Below are positions 28,801-40,951 of a stretch of 54,067 nt of DNA, one piece after another; the stretch's first letter is position 1; the number at the start of each line of letters is the position of its first letter. The notes under the pieces were generated by a model, which was not told where the DNA came from, searched no databases, and saw only the letters and a list, made by a program, of their open reading frames with translations. The position numbers and the translations under genes are program-made. Source of the DNA: Intoshia linei (Eukaryota; Animalia; Orthonectida); the NCBI GenBank assembly GCA_001642005.1, contig LWCA01000105.1:1-54067 (forward strand), read 5' to 3'.

Positions 28801-31800
28801 CCCCGAATTTGGGTCTGGGATATGGTAGGTTCGGGTTACATATAATAATCTAAAAATAATACAAATTGATTATTATATTTCAAATAATATAATATTTATT
28901 CATTATTAATAAAATTGTAAATAGTGTATCTTATAATTTTTTGAATACCAATACTGTGTTGATTCTAAGAGAAATGTTAGTATTTTTTATTATTCATTAT
29001 TTTTATTATTTGTTTATTATTTTTTGGTTTATGCAAATTTTTTCATGTACTGCAGCATTATTTTAACTACACACCATTTTAATAAACATTCAAAAATTTA
29101 ATATATCTCTACACAATTCGAATTGACTAATAATTTTTTTTGAGTATATAAATATTACCGTATCATCTCTGCTGTTATTAATTGTTATAATTGATTAAAA
29201 TGTTAAAATAATTAATTTTTTTACAACTACAAAATCAAAATTTCAAAATTGTAATTTTAACATTTTCCATTTAAAACTTAATATATATTTTTTAATTAAT
29301 GTTAGAACACACTTAAAATAACCCTTGTAAATTACTAATTAATTAAGTACATTCACTTCTTTTACAAGTAAAAAAAATTAAATTAATAAATTGGGTCCAA
29401 CACAAAATATGCCCTTTTCACACAATGGACTGATCAGTAATCACATACCAAATATTATTTTATCAAATTATAAATATTTTAATTTTATTATTGTGAAATT
29501 TACTTAACACTTAGCGTGAGAGCAATAATTCCGGCAGCCATTGGAGCTGAAGCAGAAGTACCAGTATGTCTATCTGTACATTTATTACGCCAGTCAGTTG
29601 TAGCCTAAAAAACCTTTATACAATAAATAAAATATTGTTACAATTCTCTGATTCCCCATACCACTAGATGGAGCTGATGCTAAAGTACCAGTACATTTTT
29701 CACTATACCAAGGTACTTCAGACGTTATGGTGACTGAATTTATAGCTATTGTATAAATCGAACCCACATATCCATCACAAGAACAAATATCACCTTCTCT
29801 GCCACCGTTTCCTGAAGCCCACACAAAAATAGAACCAAGTCCATTTCGACCCTAAATTGATGAAATAAATTAATTTTAACCTATCAACCATAACATTCAA
29901 TTAACTCGAGATGGTCCTCGCACATTGTGAGTGAGAACCAAATAAATATTTCAGAAACTATTATAATATAAACAATTACATGTTTCGAACCATCTTTAAG
30001 TGCATTCAGTGTCATTATTTTAGGCCCATCTATTGTTTTTCCATCGTCTAATATTTTATTATTGTATCTTGTTAATATTTATCACTACTGTCATATAATA
30101 TTAAAATACAATTACCTTCTGGCCCCCAGGAAGCACTATATATATCTATTAGGTTCGATTTGTGCCTGAGGCTAGCAGCCTCCATACTATCAGTAACTTG
30201 GTCATTTCCTTTCAATAGCCGAATTCCCGTGATATTTGATTCATATGCAATACCTGCTATACAATTAGAGTTGTTTGCTACAGCTGCCACTATGCCTGCA
30301 CAACGCGTTCCATGACTAAATACTAATATATTATCAAAATTAATATTACTTGTTGGGATAATTATCTGTATACGAAGGATTTGCATCCAATTCATCATCC
30401 ACAAAATCGTATGCTGCTTCGTGTAGCTATTAATTATTATAAACTCATATTAGTAATCAATACTATACATTTTCGTGATACAAAATATATTGCAATTGTT
30501 TGATGCCTTGTCTATATTCGAAATTATCAAGGGGTGGTGGTTCAACTTCTGATCCGGTAATATTTAAAAAAAAAATTATCTAATGGTTCTAATAATAATT
30601 TATAATTTTTAACTTATTTCATTAATGGTTAATATCATCATTACCAAAGTCGCCGATTTCAAAAAATATTATTTTCAAATCTTGATAAATAATTCTGATT
30701 TTACATTACAGAACTTACACTAACTTAACTTACTTAATAAGTAATTAATAATCACAAATCTTCTTATCTCCAACTCTAAAAATACCGTCAGAGTTTGAAC
30801 CAAATCAGCCAGATTGAAGTTAATTTGAACATGACCAATGGTTCATTGACCATGTCCAAGTGTATATATCAGTACTCAAAAAAATTTGAATAAGAGTTAA
30901 AAAAATGTTAAATTTCAAAATTAAATTGTTAGGCCCAAAAAAACCAATAAATAATGAAATTATACATAATTATCAGATAAATCTGGATGATTAGATTCGA
31001 TTCCATCATCAATAATGGCAATTGTTACATTTTTACCAGTTATACCCTGTTTCCAAACATTTTGAATGTTCATTCGACTCTAAATAAAAATTTACACAAA
31101 AAAAATTTTTGTTACTAGATACCACATTTTGTGGTACAAAGGATCATTAAGATTAAAATTTTCATCCAATAATTCCACTGGTGAACTTCTGCGGTGTCGT
31201 ATATGGTATTTTTCTTTGTCTAATTTTCTAACCTATAAATTAAAACTTTAAAAAGGGCTTCTACTTAAATCCATCCTAAATTTTACTAAAATTCAACCAT
31301 TTTTACTAAAACCCAACCGTTTTTACTAAAAATCTAATTTTACCAGCCCTTAAGCTAAAAATCCAGTTTTATCAACCTTTTAGGTAAATTCCTATTTTAC
31401 CAATTTTTTAGGGAAAATTCCAGTTATATAACCTTTAAGTTAAGGGAAAAATCCAGTTTTACAATACTAAAAGTAAAAATCAAATTTTACCACCCTTTAA
31501 AGAAAATTTAAATTTTTTTAACGCTTTAGGGTAAATTCCTGTTTTACCAATCATGTCGATAATCCTTACTAGTATATACAATATATACAATACATATAAA
31601 CATATATATTTGATTGCAACTTGCAATTTGCAATCATTTATTGAGAAAAGTAAAAGGAAATTTAAAAAAAAAAAAAAACACATGGACAATTTTTGAAATA
31701 ATTAGCATTATCGTAAAATATTTTAAACTCAGAAACTTGCGCCTTCAAGTAAAAATCTCAAATTACGTTTTTTTTTAATTTTTTGAGACTAAAAAATTAT

Positions 31801-32327
31801 AGAATTTAAAAAATATCCAAATTTCAAACGCATTTAGATAGTTACACATATTAGTATGTCACATATACAATATGTAATTATTATCAACTTTAAACATCTT
31901 TAAAATTTAAAATTTACATTGTTATCAAGATTAAGATTAGTTTCAAATCTTTTTGGAGATTCAACATGTGATTGTATTTCAATGAGGTAAAGACTTTTTT
32001 CAATCTAAACATTTAAATATATGTAAAAATATAATAAACCTTTCTGATAATATGAAATTCAAATTGATTAGCCAATTTCTTGATGGTTGCGGAAATAATA
32101 TGTACATTTGGTGGGTTCAATGCAAAATTTTGTTCTTGATCATTGAACAATTCCAACGTGTATAAATGTCGTTTATCACGTTTAAGTTTATGATTAAAAT
32201 TGGTATTTATATTGTGACCGTCGTGTGTTTTAAATTTGGAACCAACTTTCAGGGTTTTGGGTAAAAGACAGGTAGTAAAATAATTTAAAATGGTTAAAAC
32301 TGGTAGCAAAAAGATTAATAGATGCAT
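25890..32327 (-). CDS. Furin/kexin-family proprotein convertase (peptidase S8B), 13 exons
   Basis: Approximate exons: 32327-32040, 32004-31918, 31232-31118, 31079-30969, 30426-30349, 30316-30116, 30047-29981, 29851-29642, 29603-29504, 28493-28390, 26937-26820, 26426-26108, 26062-25890. Signal peptide, then a prodomain ending RHRR. Catalytic motifs IIDDGIE (Asp), SHGTRCAG (His), ASGNGG (oxyanion Asn), [13 protein letters not shown] (Ser), plus LTWRDIQH. P-domain has IEHV, RGE and [10 protein letters not shown]. Confidence 0.92.
26459..26775 (+). mobile_element. hAT MITE (family A, full length) with 8-bp TSD
   Basis: TIRs CAGGGGTCGGCAACC / GGTTGCCGATCCTTG; flanks atgtaaaa / atgtacaa (7/8). Confidence 0.85.
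28105..28352 (-). mobile_element. MITE family B, inverted copy
   Basis: Reverse complement of 28580-28838 over >130 bp; ends in gttcggctctg. Confidence 0.75.
28580..28838 (+). mobile_element. MITE family B
   Basis: Imperfect TIRs CAGAGCCAAACCTACC / GGTAGGTTCGGGTTA. The internal block also appears at about 2140-2260 and 9315-9420. Confidence 0.7.
31270..31560. repeat. ~30-bp degenerate minisatellite array (reverse orientation) in a convertase intron
   Basis: About nine units of aaaatcc.gttttacca.ccttta.gg. Confidence 0.7.
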
Positions 32328-32755
32328 GTAACATCTATAGTTACAAATGATAAAAATTAAAACAAGAATTTACAATTATTATTCAGGATGTATCGAGAGA
32401 TTATCCTTGCTATAGGTATTTATATGATTACACATTTGAGAGATTTAGGGAAAAATTGCTAAGCAAAAATATAATAAACTGAGACTTTGATATGGAATAT
32501 TTTAGTAATCATTTGGTAAACAAAGAAAATTTTCATTTCAAATTCACTATAACAGTCTTAGAAATTGGATACAGCTTAATAATTTTGTGACAATTTAACA
32601 AGCCTGAATTATATAAATCGCTATTTGAAACGAATGTGTGAATGTATGGTAAGCTTAACTCGAATTTATCTCTAAAGATGAGATTATTTCGATTATACAT
32701 GTGTTACTCTTTTATGACATTTATTGTATGTAGTGCATGTGTTGACAATGTATAT

Positions 32756-35700
32756 TTAATGTGCATTATTAAAAGTAGAAATTTCAATCAATCTGTCTAT
32801 GAGAGATTCTAATTGCAAAATTCGATAAACTGTCAAAATGTTTGATCCATGTGCAATGTTTGCCAAAACGTTGAAATTTATAAGGTCGCCTACCCCAATA
32901 CATACAACTTTTGCTTTTTCTTTCAATTTTTCAGCTTCCTGTTTGACATGGTCTTTTTCAATGTTTGCTGTTCCGTCAGAGAAAATTACGACCAATTTAT
33001 TTTTATTAATGCTTCCGTTGAAATGGTTTCTAGCCATTCTTAATGAAATTGCAATATTAGTTTTACCACCTCGGTGTTTAACAAAATGAAAAATGGCAAA
33101 TTTTAAATCTTGTAAAGTAGTGTATTGTCCCAGCGAAATGTCAATTTGTGCGAAATCAGAAAATGTAATTATTCCTACTTTTATATTAGAATTAATGGAT
33201 TGGCTAGTAAAAATTTTATTCAAATAATTACTAAAAAAATATTTAACTTTTCTTGTATACAATTCCGAAATACTACCAGATACATCAATTAAAATTATTA
33301 TATCAAAAGATTTTGAAAATATTTCACAATGTTTCCCTATATAATGTGAGTTACATTGGCATTTGTAACTATTGATAGATTCTACACATTTGTAATCCCA
33401 CTTGCATGTGCTTTTGTGACAATTTTTATAGTTTATTCGAGACACAATTTCATTTTCAACTCCCAAATAGTTTTCTTGAATTCTCACTGTGTTTAAGGAA
33501 TATGGTTCCGTGGAAATTGCTAACCAGACATCATTTATCCCATTGGGGTTGTCGTGTTTGTTCAAAAACCCATATGTCATAATTCCTACATTGCCGTCTC
33601 TTAATGAAACTGCTGCAAAGAATGTTTTATCCAAATTGTCACAAAATCCATCATTTGATATTATTATTATTGGTTTACGTTTTGAAAATTTATTCAAATA
33701 TTCATTATTATAAACTTTTCTTTTAATTACTTCCAACATACCAGATAAATTTGTTTTACCTCGAGTAAATGTTATTGTGTTTATCTAAATTCAAATTTAA
33801 ATTGAAATTATATTTTAGAGTATTTCCTTTTCAACTTTTAAATTTCAAATTGCACTTTGCAATGAGCACTTAGAAAAAAGGATCATAAAATAATTTACCA
33901 TTTTTTAATTTTAAATTGTTCGCGCGTAAATTTCTGTTTATCTTATTGATGGTACTTTTTAAATTAATTAATAGATCGATGAGGTTTTACGTTCAACCAG
34001 ACCTGTAGAGAGGGTCAAGTGGTCATATAACAGGCCCAGTCTTCAAAATGGTCTACTATTATATAAAGCTATAAACATCGATACATTAAACCTGTGAAAC
34101 TTACATATTAATGGTTAAAAGTTCTGACTCAGAACTTCTGAACCAATATTTACCCTTTTTATATAAAGTAAAAAAGTCCTAGAATTTTATAAAACTTAAA
34201 TTTTGAGGTGTGTTTTAAAATCATTAACATTTTCAAAAATCTCAACCTCAGAAATTTATATCTTAATGGTCAGAACCACAAATTATCCTTTATTTATAAA
34301 AAAAAGGTCTAGCATTTTAAAAAACATTAATTTTGGGATAATTTTTAAAATCATGTTAACATTAAATTATTATTAATTAAAAATTATTGTTAAATTAAAA
34401 CAAAATTGTATTACTTTTCTTGATGTAAGTGATACTCAGTTTCGTTGTTGTAGTTTCTATTTAAATTTTATTAAAAATGTTTTGAAAATGATAATTTGAA
34501 ATTTAAAAATTGCATAACAATGAAAAAAATTCCGAAGGAATGAATTATATAGATTTTCGCCCATATTTCTTTATTGGAAATGTGTAGACGTTCACTGCAC
34601 ATTTTTTTTGAAATTGTAGGATCAATATTTACATTTTCAATTTTTATTTTAATAGAAATATTTGAAAAATATTGGTTGATCATATATTAAAAATTATTTT
34701 TTATCGGGAATGCGTAGATTTCTCGGGTTTAACTTTTGTATTTATATCAACTGGAATAAGCTCTATCAGAATAATCTCTTTTCTTTTTTTTTCATTTTCG
34801 GACCGTTAATTATTTCACATTTTTGGTTTTAATAAAATATTTCGAAAAAATAATAATATGAATACTAAAATATTTTTTTGACCGTGAAGTCGTCACTTAT
34901 TCGGATTGGAATTTTCTGTCTGTGTTAACAGGATACAACTGTACAACCTGTAAATTTTTTTAAATTGTAGGGCTGTTTTCATTAAAAAAAGAAGGGTAAT
35001 TTGTGGTTTTGACTCTGAATATATAATTTTTTTAAATTTAAATTTATGATAATGTTTATTATTTTAAATTCCGTATCAGCGTATATATTTTTTTAAATTC
35101 TCCAACTCGTTTGATTTTCAAAAAGGGTGACCACATGGGTTTTTGATCCGTAAGATGTGAAATTGGGAGGTTGAAATTATGTTTGTGAACACCACCGGAA
35201 AAAACTGTAATTGAAATGTGGATTTTATAAAATTCTAAGACGGGTAGTTATTTAAATAAAGCTGAACACACACAAACATAAACGCATAGCATATTATATA
35301 AGTTCGGATGTAATAAAAGAGTTGCGGTTTTAATAAATATTTACCATATTTAATAACAATTTTTTGTTTTGCGTTAAGTTTTGATGAATAATGGCATCAT
35401 TTGCGTAGGAACCAAGTCCAATTTTCCAGCCACCCGCCATATTTTCAATGAGAGAGTAAAGCATGGATATATCTTGATAATATTGCTTGAACAATCTACT
35501 TCCGGAACGGTCAATCACGATTTGCAAATCTACGTTGTCTTCTAATGTATCTATAATAATAATATAAAATAATTAATCCACAGGTATATCTAAAAAACCT
35601 TTTTCACAATTTTTTCCATTATAGAAATCATTACAATAACAAATATATCCACCAATAATATTTACACATGTACCGTTATTGCAAATATTTGTTTGATCGC

Positions 35701-38700
35701 ATTCATTTTGATCTTAACGTACACATTAATAAACTGATTTAAAATTTAAATGATAATTTATATATCATTAAATTAAACCTTTGCAAATCAAATCGATAAC
35801 TTGTATCTTGTGATTTAAAAGTAGATTATAATGTTTAACTTTAATATAATTTGAGTGTAAGGGATAACTGGTCATAGCTTTAAGTTCATCTTCTCTTAAC
35901 GAATATTCAATATTAATGACAATCAAGTGAACATTAGATTGCTTCAATAAAACAACATTTTTGAGCGTTTCAATGTGATTGTCGGACGCTCCATCAGTCA
36001 AAATAATTGCTACTTGACGGGATGTACTTTTTGAAGCAAATAGTTGATTTAAAAGTTTGAGAGCATCCGCAGTATTGGTAGTTCCGAAATCTGATTTTAA
36101 ATTGTCAATATACTTCAACAATTCATATTTCTGGTGATAATAATCGGAAAAATTAAAATGCAATTTTGCACTAGTAGAATATGAAATTAATGAAATTCTC
36201 ACATTTGGTTGGTGCAATGAAACCACATCATTTACAACCGATTTTACAAAATATTTCGTTTTTTCAAAACTTTCATAACCAATACTCCCAGATGCGTCCA
36301 AAACAAATGCCAAGTCAATCATTGTATTGCATTGGCCGTCTAATTTAAAGTTAAAAAAATTTTTATTTTAATACCATTTACTACGGTTGGTTTGTGACAG
36401 GTCACTTTAGAAATCTGATTGATTATGACATTCAAATGCGAAAAATCTGTAGATCTAAAATAATTTTCGCCTTCTATATGGGGATTAGAAGATAATTTAG
36501 TTAATAAATCGACATTAATATTGTCTGTTATACCCACAGCAAAGACTTTAATATTTTCATGTACTTTTAAAATCTCATTTTCCAATAAGTTTTCATTGAT
36601 GGTGGGGACGCCATCAGTTATTATTATAATGTAATTATCCACGTTACTTCTATCACCACTGCCTGAAGTAAATAATTCCGTTCTAGCCTTGTTCAAACCA
36701 CCATACGTATTGGTATAAGAATTTCTAAATTGAATTTCTAATATTCGTTTCTTTAATTGCTCTTTATTTAAACCAGAATTGAACGGTATCTCCATTATTG
36801 CATCATATGAAAAAACCACAACACCTATTTTGAATTTACTAAAGTCAATTATATTAATAATGTCATTAACAAATGTTAAGACGAGTTTCCAGTTATCGTA
36901 AGATCCATCACTTGGATTATTATCCCGAATACTTCCAGATGAATCTATAACAAAAGCAAGATCAATTTCATTTGCACATTCTAAGATATATAAAATACAA
37001 TGTATAATGGGTTAAACCAGAGGTGGGGAAAGTGTGGCCTTCTGAACAATTTGAATTATTCTTAAAATATTAATTTTTAGTAAAATGGGATTTTTCAGAA
37101 AAATATTGGTAAACGCGGTTTTTTCCGGTCAAATTTTGGTTTTTTCTTATAAGATTTGACTAAATTGAATAAAATATGCTAAAAATTTATCATAAGAGTT
37201 AGTAAAATTAGGTTTTTTCTTTTGGGATCTGATATAGGTATTTTTCAAAAAAATATTTGAGAAAGGGGATTTTTTCCTTAAGGTTTGGTCAAATTTTGGT
37301 TTTTTCTCATAACATTTTACTAAATTGAATAAAATATGCTAAAAATTTATCATTCACTCCAATCATCTAAAATTTTCGTATTCACCCCCTAATAAAATTA
37401 TTCACCCTTGGTGACCACTGGTCACTGATCCGTTACCCCCATGAGAACACTGATGTATTTGATTAAATTTTATTTAGAAAGATGTGGCCTTATTAAATTT
37501 TTTTGGGAGGTTAATGCGGCCTTCGAACAGTAAATGCTTCCCCACCTCTGTGTTATACTACACATTTTAATATAATACATTTTAAATAATTTACCCGGTT
37601 GGCGTGTAGTGATTGGTAGTTGTGTGGTTGTAGTAATCGGTTTAGGTACATGACAAATCGCTTCAGAAATATATTTTTGTAAAACGTTCAAGTCAGCGAA
37701 ACTTGTGCTAGTAAAATAATTTATCCATTTTTGATGTGGATAAGACGACAATTCCTTAAGTAATTTTTCATTTATATTTTGCGTGATTCCTACTGCAATT
37801 ACATTGATGTTTTTCCCGTGAATCTTGGCTATTTCTGATGACAATAATTTCTGGGGTACAGTGGGCATTCCATCAGTAATTATTATGATATAATCATCGA
37901 CATGAACTCTATCACCATAATGTGATGTGAAAAGACTGGTTCTAGCCAGATGTAACCCACTAAAAGTGTTTGTTTCATATCCTTCAAATTTTAAAATTAA
38001 AATTTTTTCAATCAATTGGTATTTATTATAACCAGAATTAAATGCAATCTCTATTTTAGCATCATATGAAAAAATTATTATGGCCACATGAATATTATCA
38101 AAATTATTAAATTGATTGATTATTTTAATCACAAATTCTAAAATCAAGTCCCAGTTATCAATGGATTCTTTGAAAGAATGTTTATCTATATCGTATCCTG
38201 GTGAATCAATTACGAAGGCCAAGTCTATTTTACGTTTGCAACCTATAAATATATTTTAGTTCATTTTATGGACAGGGAAGGTAAGATTTCAAACGTGATT
38301 GCAGGAACATGTGTCAACGAGAGGGGATAAAGGTAATCGCTATCAGAATCATTTTAATAATAATTTTATCTATTAATTAATAAATACCAAATTATGTATC
38401 GTAAAAAAATTATATTAAAAAAATAAATAAATTCTTTTTTTTTTGTAATGACGCTTTACAAAATTTTTTATACCTGTAGTTTTCGGTCGATGGCATTAAA
38501 ATAGCATTAAAATTAACCCGGCATTAAAATAAAACAATAGTTTACAGACGAAACCAAAGTTATTTAACCAAATTTATTTTCAGAAATTGAGTTTTCAAAC
38601 AACCACATAATTTAACCTTTTTTTAAATATACAATCACATCAGAAATTTTAAAAAACAAAATTCTGGGACGTGTTTTAAAATCACTAATATTGTCGTAAA

Positions 38701-40794
38701 TCTCAAAAAATCAAAATGTCATAAACATGTTTCATGCTCAAAACCTAAAGTCTGGGATAGTTTTTAAAATCATGAGTATTGTCATAAATCGCAAGCTTAA
38801 AAACTTTATAGTTTTTAAGGAAAAAACCCCAAATTCCCCATCCTATTTTTAAATATAAAACACATATAATTTTTTAAAGTTTAAATAGTATTTTAAGTTT
38901 AAAGTATAACTAGAGTTTGTGTATCTCTTGGTATGTGCATTATCATTTTAAACAAAAGTATTTAGAGTTTCTCTTTTATTGGGAAATTATTTCATTGAAA
39001 CAAAATATTTGATATAATTAATAGTTCTAGAATTTAAAAATAAAAAATTGTATTGACACGTTGGGAACGATTGCATTAGAAGATTGGTAATAGTGAATAG
39101 TGGCATTTTTAATTTAAGATTAAATTCTTTTGGTAAAATTAGAAAAGTCCGCCCTCTGCAGAGCTAGCTGCTGTTTGTACATCACAACCAAGCTAATTAC
39201 TTGATATAAGGATTTATCGTTATAAATTTTTATCGATTGCCAACCCTAATCTCTATTTTGGATAACTTTGTAACAACCACATAAAAATAATTAGGTAAAG
39301 TTAAGATTTGGATTCATCACTTTATAAAAATATATTATATATGTATTTGTAAAATGTATATTACTATACTTAAACTGTATGACCTACTGTAGGACATACA
39401 GCTATAACCTATAATTAAATACTAAGAAGCTCTTCTGCATTATATTAAATGAAAAAACCGTATATTGGTGTAGTCATTTCAGTGGTGGTTCTTGACGGCA
39501 AACAAATCATTTTAGATAGATAGTGTATGATATTATCATTTCTTTCAGGAAGCTCCCACACATAATAATTAACATATTCATAGTGTGGATAGGATGAAAA
39601 CATTTTTAAATCTTCTTGAAATGGTGAAACGGTAATTAAATGTAGAATTATTCCACTCTCAAAAAACTTTTCTAGTTCACTTATATCATTATCCATTGGT
39701 TTTCCAGTAGTAAGTAATATGGCATGATTAGGGACATTATGACGGTCTCCATTTCTATTAATAAACAAACTTAACCTTGCCTGTCTGAACGCTGCATATG
39801 TGTTTCTAAATACGGATCTTTGACATTCAAGTTTCAATATGTGTAGATTAATTTCAAATTTATTCAAACCGGAATTTAAATCAACCTTCACCTCTGCATC
39901 TTGCGAAAATACAATTATCCCAATTCGAATATTATTAAAATTTTCAAATCCATCAATAATTTCATTTACAAATTTTAAAATTGAGATCCAATATGATTCA
40001 TCTACGATGTGAGATGAATCTATTAAAAAAGCTAAATCAATGAAATTTGAACAATCTAGGAAATACTTGGTGTATGGAATGTTTATTGGATCCAATGTTG
40101 TAGTAATAGCTGCCGAAGATGTAGTCGTTCCTATACATATACCGGGTATGCTTTTAACTAAAGATTCCAAATCTTGAAAAGTGGGACAGATGAAATAATT
40201 CATATCACGTAGATGTGGACTAGAAGATAGACATTTAAGAAAATGTTCATTTACCATATTTGTTATGCCAATAGCATAAATACTTATATCCATTTTGTTA
40301 ATCAATTCGATTTCATAATCAACTTCCTCAACGTTAATAGTTGGCATTCCGTCGGTCAATATGAATAGATAATTTTCGGCATCAACTCTGTCTCCATACA
40401 GCTCTGTAAAAACCTTGGTTCGTACTAAATGTAATGCTGAATAAGTATTCGTCCATGCACTTAAATGACGTAAACTTATAATTTGTCTTTTCAATTCTCT
40501 TTTACTGTAGCCAGAATTCAAAGCAATGTTCAAATTTGCCGAATTTGAAAAGGTAACAATTGCAACCCTAACCGTTCCAGTATCAATATAGAACGTGTCC
40601 ACAATTTTATTTATAAAATCTAAAACTAGGTTCCAATTGCCCCGTCCGCTTTTCTCTATACTGGCAGAAGAATCAATTACGAAAACAACATCACTTTTCC
40701 CACAATCTAAATTATATTTTATAATACAAAAAATATGTTTACACGAATGTGCCTGTATCCACTTTAAGAAAAGGAAAAATACGACAATTTTCAT
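32756..40794 (-). CDS. Secreted multi-vWA protein 3: SP-vWA x5-EGF-vWA-EGF-vWA, paralogue of 14444-20801
   Basis: Signal exon 40794-40743 (MKIVVFFLFLKWIQAHS). Further exons: 40706-39459 (2 vWA), 38242-37595, 36980-36375, 36339-35779, EGF 35712-~35599, 35550-35345, 33784-32756. The C-terminal five modules are collinear and homologous with protein 1. Confidence 0.86.
34440..35240 (+). repeat. Dispersed repeat family C, copy 2
   Basis: Long high-similarity match to 7600-8310. Confidence 0.85.
37018..37550. mobile_element. hAT MITE with perfect 13-bp TIR carrying minisatellite units
   Basis: TIRs CAGAGGTGGGGAA / TTCCCCACCTCTG; flanks ggttaaac / tgttatac (6/8). Internal ~100-bp duplication at 37091-37193 and 37241-37353. 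Confidence 0.85.
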
Positions 40795-40951
40795 TTTCGT
40801 TTTTAAATTTAAACCGGATTGAATCGATATGGTCATTTAGACGAAAGTGGGTCATTTCCAAACAAAATATTTCCTCAGGTAAAAAATTTGTCAATATTTA
40901 GAAAATAAACATTTAATCTTTTGTTACATAGTATATTTAAATTCAATCGGA

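Noticed and set aside
14444-40794. Treating each vWA ORF as a separate single-domain gene
   Set aside because: The ORFs are bounded by GT/AG sites in consistent phase, and only three signal-peptide exons exist.
32756-40794. Canonical R-x-K/R-R furin sites in the vWA linkers as direct proof of a substrate relationship
   Set aside because: I found only dibasic sites inside domains (e.g. KRELKR, IKRK, YKRD), so processing by the neighbouring convertase remains unproven.
40795-40836. Upstream ATG at 40836 as the start of vWA protein 3
   Set aside because: The ATG at 40794 gives a clean signal peptide like the paralogue (MK + hydrophobic), so the longer start is unnecessary.
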